From Diplonema japonicum (lineage: Eukaryota; Protista; Euglenozoa: Diplonemea), in NCBI GenBank assembly GCA_964019335.1, contig OZ025751.1, positions 1 through 64,000 of the forward strand: a DNA stretch of 64,000 bases. Direction: 5' to 3'. A program made the position numbers and the translations under genes. The notes beneath the pieces are model-generated. The model saw only the letters and a list, made by a program, of their open reading frames with translations, was not told where the DNA came from and did no database searches. Position 1 is the stretch's first letter; every line of letters begins with the position of its first letter. Shown in pieces: positions 20,240-32,400 of the stretch.

Positions 20240-21712
20240 CTAACAAGTGCACTTAGAAGGAGGACAGGGACCGCCACACCCAAACTTCTTAGCTTTCTGG
20301 CACCACGGGTCCGCCAGCTCACCAACCTTGCTGAAGATGACGAAGGATGTGGCCTCCTCGGTGGTCTCGGGAAGGACCAGAGAGGTCCCCGCATCCACCT
20401 GAACCCTGTACGATACCATCTTCTGCTCTGCCAACCCCCACTTGGGAGCGCAGGAGGCCGACTCGAACCCAGACAGCGGGAGCAGGGCGGGGAAGCCACC
20501 GTTCACCTTCCCCGAACACGGAGGGCAGTGGTAGTGCGACACGATGAACTCGCAGACCTCAGTCCCACAGCATGTGAGGGTGATGGCGGTGTCCTTGGGA
20601 ATGGCAGCAGGGGTGTGCACCCTCATCTCCCTCATGTTCTCAGGGATCATCGTCAGCACCGCCTCGCTGTTGCCGAAGGAGGTCTCCCCGTTCACATCGT
20701 TGGCGGGAACGGCGGCGCCACCGACAATCACCTTGGCGTCGGCAGTGGTGCAGCTCACATCGTCCACCTCCTCGTCAGCGAGGATCTTGTCAACTGCGGT
20801 GCACCCTGCAGACGCGACGAGCACACGGACATTACGGGGAACAGTCCCACCACAGGTAGCCGACACAGGACCGCAGAAGTCGTGCTCGGCACAGGCAAGG
20901 CTTCCTTCCGTCTTCGTCACAACGGTGTCGGGGGTATCGTCGCCCCACTTGAAGGTGTAGGTCAGCTGCTCCCCATCGTTGTCGGACTTCACAAGGGTGC
21001 AGAAGGTCTCCTTCCCTGCCGTCTTGGGGTAGGGGGCAACACCGGTGTCCACAGAGGTCACCACAGGGCGAAGGTACACAGGCTCGGAGGGGTCCATGTC
21101 CTGTGCGGTAGACCCGTCGCCGAAGTGGAAGGACCAGGTGTCGATCCCGTAGTGGAACTTCGTGGTCATCTTCATCTCCCAGTTCAGGTTCGTGGGAAGC
21201 CCTTCGATGGCACCACCGTCGGTGTTCTTGGCGAACCTCCAACGGCAGCCGATGTTCCTGGTTCCAGAGGTGATCTGCTTGTGGTCGATGACACCCATTG
21301 TGCTGCTGGTGGTCCAGTCAAACTCAGCAGACCTGTCGTCCATTTCAGCAATGGTGACCCCATCGGGGATGCCGCTGATGAGACCGTCGACAGAAGCGGA
21401 GGGCTGGTTGCCGTGGGGGTGGTCGATCCCGCTGGTCCAGAAGAAGGACAGGTGGTCAGGGTTGTTCAGGTCCCTGTACAGGAACATGTTCGAGACCCCA
21501 GCCTTCTCAAACCCGGTGTGGCTGCTCCAAGAGTTGAAGTCGTAGAACTTCTTCGCTGTCATCGCCCTCTCCACAGCAGGGACGGTCCGGCGGTTCTTCC
21601 CGTTCTCCTGCTCCACCACGAACTGCTTCACGTTCCCCACGAAGGTGAGGGGGCATGTCTGGGCAATTGCCGTCCCGAGGGACAGCAGGACACAGGCGAA
21701 AGTGCGTGACAT
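20240..21712 (-). CDS. Secreted Cys-rich protein with a PKD-like segment and the unnamed C-terminal Cys domain
   Basis: Signal peptide; YTFKWGDDT (PKD-like); CEFIV..HCPPCSG..NGGFP..L..GF...CAPKW; tail GGPCPPSKCTC. Confidence 0.8.
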   Translation of the reverse strand: MSRTFACVLLSLGTAIAQTCPLTFVGNVKQFVVEQENGKNRRTVPAVERAMTAKKFYDFNSWSSHTGFEKAGVSNMFLYRDLNNPDHLSFFWTSGIDHPHGNQPSASVDGLISGIPDGVTIAEMDDRSAEFDWTTSSTMGVIDHKQITSGTRNIGCRWRFAKNTDGGAIEGLPTNLNWEMKMTTKFHYGIDTWSFHFGDGSTAQDMDPSEPVYLRPVVTSVDTGVAPYPKTAGKETFCTLVKSDNDGEQLTYTFKWGDDTPDTVVTKTEGSLACAEHDFCGPVSATCGGTVPRNVRVLVASAGCTAVDKILADEEVDDVSCTTADAKVIVGGAAVPANDVNGETSFGNSEAVLTMIPENMREMRVHTPAAIPKDTAITLTCCGTEVCEFIVSHYHCPPCSGKVNGGFPALLPLSGFESASCAPKWGLAEQKMVSYRVQVDAGTSLVLPETTEEATSFVIFSKVGELADPWCQKAKKFGCGGPCPPSKCTC

Positions 21713-21836
21713 TTTTTTTTTGTTGTTGTAAAAGAAAGAAAAAAAAGGGGGGGGGAAGGTTTAAGACCTGTTTGAATTTTGTATCAAGCAGGGGGGGGGG
21801 GGGGGGGGGGGGTCACGTGGTAGTGGTGAAGCTACT

Positions 21837-22380
21837 CGCATTCTCGCACAAAAGACATCTGAGCATTCATACTCCTCCCGAACTAACGCGATCAGTGCGT
21901 TCACGTCCGCCCCCGTGTGTGATTCACCCTCCTTGATGTCCAGGTGGAGGAGGAGGGGCTCCTCTGAGTATCCGACCAGCCCAGACATGTTTAGCACTGG
22001 TGGCGTCTGTGCTTAACGGCAACGGGGTCTTTTCGATGCTTTGCTTCACTCTTCTCGAGCCCTTGTCTCCTTCTCGAATCCAGGCCCCTTTGCTTGGTGT
22101 CGGTATCTTCATGTGCGAGCTCCACCAATGGGATGCGTGTTTGCTGCTTGGTGGTTGGTGCCTGCGACCAAACACAACATCGCCCACCCGTCTATGAACT
22201 CCTGCCCCACCACGGGGCAAAGCACTGCCTGTTGAGGTCCTTCGAAGATTTTGACACTCAGCACCTGGCTTTCCCTGTTGAAGTTTCAGCCAAAAAAAAT
22301 TCTCGCATCATTCTCGCATGCGAGAATGTGCGAGAATTTGGTTCGAGCATGCGACTCGCATTTTTGCATGCGAATCGTTT
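21837..22380 (-). mobile_element. Possible hAT-like DNA transposon relic with palindromic CTCGCA/TGCGAG repeats
   Basis: Frameshifted peptides LPLSTDAT..VLNMS..PLLL..GESHTGADV..LIALVREEY resemble the first-Asp region of hAT transposases; GCATGC-centred palindrome at about 22298-22340. Confidence 0.4.
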
Positions 22381-23173
22381 CACCACTATGCCTTGGGGGG
22401 GGGGGGGGTGATCCAGGAACATGAAATGAAAAACTCAGAGGAGGAATACGTAGGAGGGAAGGGAAGACAAAAAACAAAGGGTGAAGGCCGTAAAGAAGAA
22501 GAAGGAGAAAAAAAAGTGAATAAAAAATTTAACTGCACGACACTAAGTGCTCTCGCTCTCTCTCTCTCTCTCCTTCTCCTTTTGCCCTGTGACATTGGGA
22601 AACACAAGCAGAGGAGTACGGTAGGGTAATATTTCGGAAGAAGGGTGGTTTTGATTTTTTTCTCTTTTCTTTTTTTTTTCTAACGGATAAAAAAAAAAAA
22701 CTACTGCCCGTGTGAGAATGTCGGCAAGAAAAAAAGGGAAAATGGGGTGGGGGGGGGGGGGATTGCTCTCTTTTACTTGTGCACACCAGCACCCCCCCCC
22801 CCCCCCGAGAATCAAATTGTTCACGAAAAACAAAGCAAAAAAAAAGGAGGGGGTGCACACGGAAGCAGATCCTTGATCTTGCTTTCGTGGCCATCTTCAA
22901 CATATTGACCGTACCTTCCTTTCCTGCCTTCTCTTTCTTTTTTTAAAAACCCCTTCCTTTCTTAAGTGGGAATTAAAAAAAGAAATTATCGCGATACGTA
23001 AAGGTAGGTGTGGGGGGGGATTGAAAAAGACCCCCCCCCCATTCTACGAAAATTCGATGTATGGTCTTTTTATTTAAAATTTTGTCAGAAAAAATTTTCT
23101 CTTTTTTTTTTTTCTTCAAAAAAAAAAAAAAAAAAAAACACACTAACTCAAAATATTTTTTTTTCCACCTTTC

Positions 23174-23663
23174 TTAAATAATCCCCTTGGCAGCGTGTTC
23201 CACATTCTGGGGGTCCTCGTACATCAGCTGGTATGCAGTCATGATACCGAAGAAAATGAAAAGAATGCCACCAAAGGTGGTGACGTGCTTGGGGGTGAAC
23301 GTGTTCGAAACACCCTGTTTTTTTTTTTTTTTAAATTTTTTTCTTCTTTCCATCATACCCTCCCAATCATCACTGCTGAACCAGTACAGACGGAGTGTCC
23401 AAGAATACCACCCAGCGTAACTCCATAGGGGTTCTTAGCAGCAGCAAGCATGATGGTAGCAATCTGCGATCGATCCCCCCACTCCGCAACGAAGGTAAGA
23501 GTGAACGCCTGCACGAAAACAGGACCGAAGAGAGAGGCTGCCCTCGAGCCCCCACGTTTCTTCTGCACACCAACAACAGGATCTTCGATGTCGTCGTCCT
23601 TCTTATCGTCGCCAAGCTCTGCCTTGGCTTCAGCTAGCTCTTCGGGCTCTTCCTCGTCTTCCT

Positions 23664-23713
<50 letters not shown>

Positions 23714-24122
23714 CCTTCTCAAATACCATTGTACGGGCTTCGTTCAAAAGCCTTATCCCGAACACTGTGAAAAGAAGTACTGCTGCAATCTGTGTGTACT
23801 TGACAGGCAGCAGTGTGGGGACGATGTGTCCCATGGCAGCAGAGAGGATCGTCATTGTCGCTAGTGCTGATATGGCACCCAGGAACACCACCATGCGGTC
23901 ATTGCGCATGGCCATCAGGCAGGCGATGAAGAAGGTCTTGTCACCGATCTCGCTGACCAGGATCATGAACCAGCTGCTCATCACGCCCTCCAGCCACGTT
24001 CCGGAGTACTTCACCTGCTTGTCCTTGTCCGCTCCATGCCCCTCGTGTCCCGCCTCCTCGTGCGTCTCGCACCACACCACCCCCACGAAGCACAGCAGCA
24101 ACAGCACCTTGGTGATGCTCAT
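23174..24122 (-). CDS. TMEM165: GDT1/TMEM165 (UPF0016) Ca2+/Mn2+:H+ antiporter; introns 23662-23726 and 23315-23358
   Basis: EIGDKT and EWGDRS signature motifs. Removing two GT..AG introns (65 and 44 nt) joins three ORF pieces in frame. Confidence 0.92.
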
Positions 24123-24239
24123 TGTGATTGTCCCGATCACCTGAACGCCAATACGTTGAGAAGCAAAGATTATACATCACAAAAATAAGAAAAAAAGGGA
24201 AAAAAAAAGTGGACGATGGTGGAAGAAAAAAAAAAAATA

Positions 24240-25295
24240 TTATTCCTTCAGTAAGGCCTCCACCTCGGCTGCCTTTTGGGGTCTGTCTGTTTTCCTGTAG
24301 TACCTTATGAGGGTGTGCTTTATCCGCGGCTGCGACCTCCAGTCGGGTTGGTCGTCAAGGAAGGAGGTCAAACGTGCGTCACCCAAAGTGACGAGTTCCA
24401 CATCCCCATCCCCTCTGCCACCGCCCGACAAGCTTTCGACAATGCAGTTCAGGTAGTTTGTGAAGACGAGCGACCTCACGTAGAGGGTGGGCCTCGCAGG
24501 GGTGATGTGGGCATCCTCAATGTCGTGAAAAAGGCGGACGTCCTTCGTGTGGATGGGGACGGCTAAAATACGAACAGCAGCCTTCATCCTCTGCTCCTGT
24601 GTAGTGTCAGGGTCGGCGGTCAAAGCGGTGAATTCATTCATAGCAAGTTTGTGCTGCGACAGCCCCAGGCAGCCCTTGATGACCGCATAGCGTGCTGTGA
24701 AGTCCTTCGTCCCTTTGAACAGTCGTTCGTACTTTGCTAAGGAGGCGAGGCTGTACACGCAGCTCATAAGGGTAATGATGTCGTCTCTGGTGAGGGACTT
24801 GCTGTAAGTCCGGACGAGCCATTCCTCCACTCGTTTCAGGAGGCGGAGGGTACCTTGTGAAACAGTTTTGTTAGGAGACGCGTAACGTTCTGTCTTGGCT
24901 TGGTGTTGAATCTCCCACAACATATCCACAAGGAACTCCTTTGAGGGTTTGATGTTGTGATCCTTCATGCTGGCCATGATGTGGTCAAAGTGCCGGCTTC
25001 GTTTCCCTGTCACTGCCACTGTCAGCAAGCCTCGGTACATTGTCTCGTTTGGCTTTATTTTGAATGCGATGAAATTCTTGAAATCCTCCCTCACCGACGT
25101 CCTCATGCCCAGCGAAGCCAAAGCTTGCAAATAGGCTCCTGCTGTGTCTGCAGTGACGCCTTCCTCTTTGGCAACCAGCTCGAAATCCACCATCAGTGTT
25201 TCGTGTAAACGCTGAACCTCTTCCGTCTTCATCAAAGCCTTTCTCATGTGCTTTTTTGGTATTATGTGTCGGCGGAGCACATTCACTCCTTTCAT
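24240..25295 (-). CDS. PPR-like helical repeat protein
   Basis: PPR-type segments IKPNETMYRGLL..HIMASMKDHNIKPS; helical character throughout. Confidence 0.55.
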   Translation of the reverse strand: MKGVNVLRRHIIPKKHMRKALMKTEEVQRLHETLMVDFELVAKEEGVTADTAGAYLQALASLGMRTSVREDFKNFIAFKIKPNETMYRGLLTVAVTGKRSRHFDHIMASMKDHNIKPSKEFLVDMLWEIQHQAKTERYASPNKTVSQGTLRLLKRVEEWLVRTYSKSLTRDDIITLMSCVYSLASLAKYERLFKGTKDFTARYAVIKGCLGLSQHKLAMNEFTALTADPDTTQEQRMKAAVRILAVPIHTKDVRLFHDIEDAHITPARPTLYVRSLVFTNYLNCIVESLSGGGRGDGDVELVTLGDARLTSFLDDQPDWRSQPRIKHTLIRYYRKTDRPQKAAEVEALLKE

Positions 25296-25620
25296 CTCGC
25301 AGGGGGGGGGGGGAGGTTCCTTCCCTTTTTTTTTAAAAATTTTTTGTGAGATTTTCAGAATGGAAATGTGATTTCAGAATGGAAATGTGAGGGGGGGGAA
25401 AATATAAAAAAAAGGGGTTTTTTTTTTTCCGACCGGTGGGGAAGGGGCAGGCGGGTACGTGCTGTAAGCACGCTTGTCAAATGTTCCCTTTTTTTTTTGT
25501 TTAGACAAGTCAAAGACTCGTTTCTTGCGAGGGGGAAGAATGGAAGATAAAAAAAAAAAAAAACTCAAAGTACAGGACAAGCCCCCCGCTAGAGGGCCGC
25601 CCTATGGGAGGGGGGGGGGT

Positions 25621-26033
25621 CTATCTGTTAATACTCCCCTTCTGGAGCATTGCTTTCATCCCGATTGAGGCCGTGAGCGTCTTGCGGAGTCGTGTGATGC
25701 GGTCCCGCTTGTAGGCGGCTTTCAATTCCATCAGCTTGTCGTGCGTGGAGCGGGTGGCGAAAATAGGCCTCCTGGAGAAACCAATAGCTGCCTTTCCTCC
25801 AATGGCGATGAGGGACTTCACTCTTTTTCTCTCGTCCGCTGGGAAGGGGCGTCGCTTCTTCCGTGCCCTGCATGCTGTGTTTATCTTTACGATGAGTGCT
25901 TTGATTCTGCGCGCCCTATCTTCCAGCAGGCCTCCCAAAGACTTTCCGGTCGTCCATTCGAAGTCAATGGCCAGTTCCACCGCCGACACCTCCGAGGTGG
26001 TGTCCTTCTCTACCCAGCGCCGTTGTGACAACC
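25621..26033 (-). mobile_element. 3'-end relic of a LINE-like ORF (paralog of 26986-27456)
   Basis: Shared motif ELA.DFE..T...ARR...FPA...RV.SL..IGG....G..RRP; no ATG; starts right after a T-tract+GG. Confidence 0.45.
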
Positions 26034-26985
26034 AAAAAAAAAAAAAAAAGAGGAAGGGAAGGGGGGACAAAAAAATAGTGTTTTAAGTGTGTACTCATTC
26101 AACTTAAGGAGAGGAGGGAAACAATGAATAATGGAGAAGGATTTTTTTTTTTTTTTCCGAACGAGTCAAAGACTCGGTTCTTGCAAAAAAAAAAAAAAAA
26201 AAAAAAAAGAATGAATGTGTCCACGCACACTGCCAGAATAAAAAGAATAATAAAAGAAAAGATGTCTTTGAGGGAACCTGCAGTATGTGACAGGATCGCC
26301 TAAAGAAAAACTAACAACAGTACCGTAACCTTGACACTTTCCCGTACCCCCCTACCCCCCCCGTACCGCCCTTCCTTTGAGTCCATTTTACGGATTCGCT
26401 GGGATCCCCCCCTCACATTGGAATTCACCCAACACTTTCTTCCCCCCCCCCCCCTTCTTTTTACTCCCTTGTTTTCTTGTTCTACTGAAAAGAAAAACGT
26501 ATTGAGAAAGGGAGAAGGGAACAGGGGGAGAAAAATGAAAATAGTCCATTGCACAGGACAATTTTACACAATAATTTTTTTTTTTATAAAAAAAAAGGCA
26601 CTTTTTTTGTTTCTCTTTTTTTTTTCTTCTACTTGCTTGCATCGGAAGGAAGGGTTAAAACATAAAGATCTATTGATGAAGGTATCACTATGACGGGAAG
26701 GAAAAAAAAAAAGAAAAAAAAAGAAAGCTGTCGAGAAGCTGCAATGGCGGCCATCCCAACTGTGACAGTGCCAGGGCCCGTGCGCAGGGGGGGGGGGTCA
26801 AAAACTACCCACAGAGAGAGGGGGAAAAAAAAGAAATCAGACTGCTAAAATGTCGAGGCAGTTAGTTAAAGGAACTTCACCAAACCAGAAAAAAAGAAAA
26901 AAAAAGAAGAAGAAGACGGAAGTGATAAAAAAAAAAAACTATTCTTTTAAGGTATGCGTTTTTGCGCTCACCGGCCGCGCTGTTC

Positions 26986-27456
26986 TTAGTCCCCGTTGTC
27001 CCCGTTCTGGGGGCTCTGGCGGGTTCCTACTGCGGTGGTAAAACTGCGGGGCAGCCTTGTCGGGGTTTGCGACAGGTACGTGTCACGCAAGCCTTCGATG
27101 CTGCTCATGGTTCGCTCCGGGAGTACTGGCCTCCTGTCATACCCGTGTGTGGTCGGTCCTCCTATACAGCGCAGGGAGTTGACGCGATCCACTCGCGCTG
27201 CTGGGAACGCCGTCCTTCTGCCATCAGCGTGGTACAGGTCCTGGACACGTCTCAGCACATACCTCAGCCTCCTTGCCTTGACGCCCAGGTCCTCCACCTT
27301 GCCCACTTCCCCGCCGTCGTCTAGCGGCAGCTCCGTCTCCCGCTCGAAGTCGAGGGCAAGCTCCAGCGTCGTAACCGTCGTGTGCCGTCCAGGGGCGTCA
27401 TCCCACAGCAAGCCACTCAGCCACCTCAGCACCGGCCCCAGCAGCCTGTCCATCAC
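26986..27456 (-). mobile_element. 3'-end relic of a LINE-like ORF (paralog of 25621-26033)
   Basis: Same motif set as 25621-26033; GC-rich island between T-tracts. Confidence 0.45.
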
Positions 27457-27974
27457 CAAAAAAAGAAAGAGGAAAGAAAAAGGAAGGATGAAAGCACAAC
27501 GGATAGAAGGCAACCAATGACCCATCAGCTGCCTCCAAGGGGGGGGGGGGGGGGGGGGGGGGATCCAATCAGTGCCAAAGTCTCGAGTAACCTATAAGAC
27601 GGGCAGGGTTTCATATATATATAAGAGAATATTTCCATGTTTAAGAAATTCTTGTTTTGTTTTCTGCAAGACAGCACCTTCATAGTGACTCTAAAAGATA
27701 GAAGAGAAAAAAAAAAACAACAAAAGTTCACTATGATATGGGGGGGGGAAGGAAAGAAAAAAATACTATGATGAGGGAGAAGATGCTAGCAACGATTTCA
27801 CCCAACGAAAAAAAAAAAGAGAAAAAAAACTGGTAATAAGTTTTTACCCAAAAGTATTTTTTTTTCTCCCCCGGATAAAGATGTTTTTTTTTCCCCCCTC
27901 TTTTTTTTTTTTTTTTTTTTTGTCAAGTCTGTTTCATTCCAGACGAGAAGAAAAAAATACTGTAAAACAAAAAT

Positions 27975-28075
27975 CACCGGAAGATAAAATGTCCGGAAGA
28001 AAAATTGTCCGGAAGAAAAAATATCCGGAAGTTCTGGCGGTTCGGATATTTTTTCTTCCGGACATTTTTTTCCCA
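27975..28075. repeat. TCCGGAAG minisatellite with a perfect 22-bp inverted repeat (28006-28064)
   Basis: TGTCCGGAAGAAAAAATATCCG ... CGGATATTTTTTCTTCCGGACA plus about four direct ~15-bp units. Confidence 0.75.
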
Positions 28076-28865
28076 GGACCCCTTTTCTTTTTTTAAAGGG
28101 CCGGACCAGAAAACGATGAAACTAGTTTCTGTAGCAAGAGAAAAATCAAACGAAAATCAGAGAGAATTGCAACAGTAAACTAAAAATTATCCAGATTCCG
28201 GTTGAAATTCTCCCTTACTTTGCACAAGAAAAAAAAAAGAAAAAAAAAACTTTATTTTCGGTTTTCTGCCATAAGAATGAAGCTTTTTTTTTTTCTTCTC
28301 TTTTTTCTCTCGTCCTTTTCCAATTTTTTTCTTTTTTTTTTTTAAAGAGCGTCTAAGGAAAAACAATATTTTAATAAAAAAAATATATAAAAAAATGAGA
28401 ATTTTATCACACCCGCCCAGGCTTTTCTTCACTCACCACCATGAGTGAAGCAGTGACTCAAAAGCGAAGGATGCAATATGAATCTACATTTTTTGATTTT
28501 TTTTTCTTTTTTCCCTTACGTGTTTGAAAATATGGGCGGGGCAAGTAGCGGCTAAGCGGCACTACAAGGAATCCTCTCCCTCCCTCCTTTTTTTTTTTAT
28601 TGTTTTCCTTTATTTGATTCCATTCATTTTTTTTTCTTTCTTCTATCCCGAGCAGCTCACTCAGCACAAACCTCGGTTTGTTAAGGGAATGCTTTCGCGC
28701 GTATGACTATAGTAGGTCTGGATTTATAACAAACTCTCTAGGACGCAGAGAAGAAAACAAGAGGGGAGAGGAAGAAGAACAAAAAAAAAAGGGCGAAAAG
28801 AGAAAGAAGCCCAATGTCGTACTCTTTTTTTTTGTTTTCTTTCTATTTTTTTTTTCTGGTTCCCA

Positions 28866-28896
<31 letters not shown>

Positions 28897-29462
28897 CATT
28901 CCCCATTCTTCCTGGTACCATAACAAAAAATCTCGCAAAAAAAAAAAGAAATAGCCTAAAAAGTTCAATGAGGCGGAGGGAAAAAAAAAAAAAAAAAAAA
29001 AGAGACATTTAAGGGTACCTGCGGTATGTGGCAGGACGCCTGAAGAGTCTCAATCTATCTCTTGATCGAACCTTTCTGCTGTGGTGTGGCCTTCGGCCCC
29101 TCGTTCACCCTCCTCGGTACCTTAGGATAAAACCCTCAACCGAGTTGGTAAGGACGCAATAGTTGTACAGTTGTTTCTCAAGGATGTGGCGGGTCACCGG
29201 GGAGGCGAAGAAAAAAAAAAAATAAGAGTTGAAAGATAAAACTACCAAAAACAATTCCAAAAGCCAAAAGAAAAAGAAAAAAAAGAAATAGTTAGAATTG
29301 AGAGTGCTAGGCTGAGCTGTGACTCTTCTGAAGAAAAAAAAAGAGGTATAAAATATAAAAAAAAAATAAACACATTTTTCAATGGGAGGTCCCCACCCTT
29401 CAAAAAAAAAAACATACGAATGGTCGGTAAACAGAAAAAACTCCCCCCCCCCCCCCCACCAT

Positions 29463-32400
29463 CTAAGCCGCAGGAGAAGAACCAGCAGCACCAGGCAGTG
29501 CAAGGTAGTTCTGTTCAGGGGTTTCCAATATAGAGTTCACAGGGAAGGGAGATCCATCGCTTGAGGGCAGAATAATGTGAGCATTATGGGGTTTCAATTG
29601 CTTCACCTGTGGGGAAGGCGCATGTGAAAAGACACCCCCTTCATGGCTCAAGGCACCCATTACTGTGAAGGTGTACCCCAAGCTCAGTACCACGGAGCGG
29701 ATATTCGTGTTGAAAACAGGCGACCCACAAATCACAACATGGTTGTCACCTGACAGGCTAGGGAAGAAGGCCTCTAGATGCTCCGTCGCGAGGATGGGCG
29801 ACAGGATCGGATCTAGACCGTCCGGAGCGCTTTTCCCCTTTGTGAAGAGAAACTTCACGTTGAACTCACCACCGAAATCCTTGTACTCCTCCAGCTCGTG
29901 TTTGAACGCAACGTCGCCAAAAGTGTCGGCGCACACTATGAACCAAACCTTCCCACCGTCTTTTAAAGAAGCACGTGCCATCGACAGCAGTGGAACACAC
30001 CCAGTGCCGCCGCCGATGAGCAGCAAATCCTGTCCTTTAACATATTGATGCTCCGCGAGAACAGGGCCGCGGACCTCAACAAGCGAGTCCGGTGTCAACG
30101 CGTTCAGTTCCTTGGAGCTCTGCCGTCCTTGGTTCAGCTTGACGAGAATCCACAGTTCATCGTTAAGGACGTTGAGGATCGAATAGTGTCTGGAGAGCTT
30201 CCCGCTGAACCTCACAGAGGCGTGGGAACCCGGTGCGAAATACTGCTCGGATATCCCGTGGAGGTGGAACACGAACAGGGAGGTGTTGTGCGTGCGGGCC
30301 TCCCGCCTCACGTACTGCATTGCTCGGTACTCGCCCGACACGATCGCGTTGTCGTGGTCCTCACGGATGTCTGCGATCCCGTCCTTCGCCATTAGGATGA
30401 TGTGGCGTATCGTTTGGTTCCACGCGTACCTCACTTGCGGTGTGTACCTTTCTTGTAGAACCGAGCGGAGGGTCACATCGAACGCCGTCGCCATCACGTC
30501 GAACATGGGCTTTTTAATGCCGAAACGAATGTGTGTTTTCCCCAGTTCGTGCAGGATGTGCGCTACCTCGTGGGCTTTGGATAGGTCGGTTACAGCCTTG
30601 TCGACGGCGGTCATGACCTGCAGGCCATGGTCTGCCATCCCCTTAGACTCGTACACACGCTTCTGGCTTCCCCATGGGAAGAATTGCAGGTATTCTGGAT
30701 GCTTCTCAAACATGGTTCGGAACAGCAGCACTCCGATCTCTTTGAGGCCCACTGATCGTAGCTGTTTCCATGTGTCGCGCACGATCATCATGTTGGACTC
30801 GTTTGTCGCCAGGTTGTCTGTTTTGAACACCCTTAACGTTCTGAGGATGTCAGATGCGTAGGTAGAGTGGTCGTGTGACTTGCCGTCGCCTTGTCCTCTG
30901 AACGCGTCTGTCATGTCTTTTCCGAGGAATTCTTTGAAGATTTCTCTCCCTCCCGGGTGGGAGTGCATGAAGGCCGAGACGTCGTAGGCCCAGCCTTCCA
31001 TGTAGACCAGTTCTGATCTGGCCGAGCGGGATGCGGCGGTGGTTCGCTTCCATGCTGCCTCCAGGTTCTCCGTGTCACCGGCTGCGTTCTTCGTCTTGAC
31101 GTGCAAGCCTGGGAGGTACGTGGTTCTGGTCATCTGCGCACCTTCGTTCTGAAGAATCCTCTTTACGACGATGTCGTTGGGCCACCTTTTACCGATTTCT
31201 TCCATTTGCGTCAGATCGCCGTTTTGAACATCATCGTAAGCTGCCCTGTAGGACTCGTCGCACCAAGATGAGTCCTCGTACATTCCGTACAAGATGTCCC
31301 ACTTCTCCGCGTCGGCCAAGGCAGGGAGGTGCAGCTCGTTGACCTCGACATACGTTTGGCTCATACCGTGGAAAGGCCAGCGGTCGATGGGACGCAGCAA
31401 TCTTGTCAACGACGGTGCGCCGGCAACAATGGTCCCTGGAACCAAGCATGTCATGTCAAGCAGCTCCGCCGCTTCTGCCAATGCGAAGGACAGATCGACG
31501 GGACCGCCTACACAAGTGACGATATGTTTGTCCTCACCGGGGTTGGTGATCCCGAACAATACCCCACCGCTTGCCATTCCCATGTAAAGCCTGAAATCCG
31601 GGCTTGAGATCGTTTCGGAAAAAAGACTTGCTGCGAAGCTAACAGCTTGTACAGCATGCGCCTGGCACACCCACACCAAGGATATGGTCGTCGCTGCTGT
31701 GTTCAGCATGACGCCGAACGTGCGTTTCGCGAGAGTTCCAATCGTCGACATGAACACAGGCAGCTTCTCGACGTTCGGCCCGATTCGGATCTGGATGACC
31801 GTTGCGTTCAAAGGCTGCAGCTCGTCGGACAATAGGAACTTGTTGATGGCGGACTTGACAAGGCTGTCCGAGAGCAGCCTGTCATTGTACAGATCCTTAA
31901 TAATCATTTTGAAGAACTTCCCCTTGGACCCTGCGCTGTTGGTCGGGGTGTGCTGTTGTTTCAAGGAGCTCTCCATCGGGGTTTTCTTGGTGGCAAGCTG
32001 CGCACCGCGTTCGCTTATGTCGGTTGGGATCACCCCGTGAAGAACGCACTGCCCAACACCTTTCAACTCCAACGTCCCGAGCGGAACGATCGCGCATTTC
32101 AACAACGACGGGTTGATGTTTTGCAAGACAACCGCAGAACAAACAATACAGCCTCCTATACCGGATGATTCAATGCGTGCTGCGGTGTTGACGGTGTGCC
32201 CGAAGTAGTCCGCACGGTTGCTGACAGGGTCTATCTCGGTGGCGACGTCACCAGTGTGTACACCCATACGGACTCGCATACCACGATAGATGAGCTGGCC
32301 TGCTTTGGTGATCGGTGCGCAGAGCGTATCCAAAAGGATGTCCTCCGGCCAGTCGCAATTTAGAAGGTCATTCTGTGCATCGCAGCAAAACCGGATTGCA

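Noticed and set aside
1440-21709. Long plus-strand ORFs (e.g. 2952-4334, 9339-10463, 12175-13371, 20204-21709)
   Set aside because: These are antisense ORFs caused by the high GC3 of the real minus-strand genes; they contain no motifs.
26771-26800. hAT-like TIR CAGGGCCCGTGCGCAGGGGGGG
   Set aside because: No partner TIR or TSD was found in the window.
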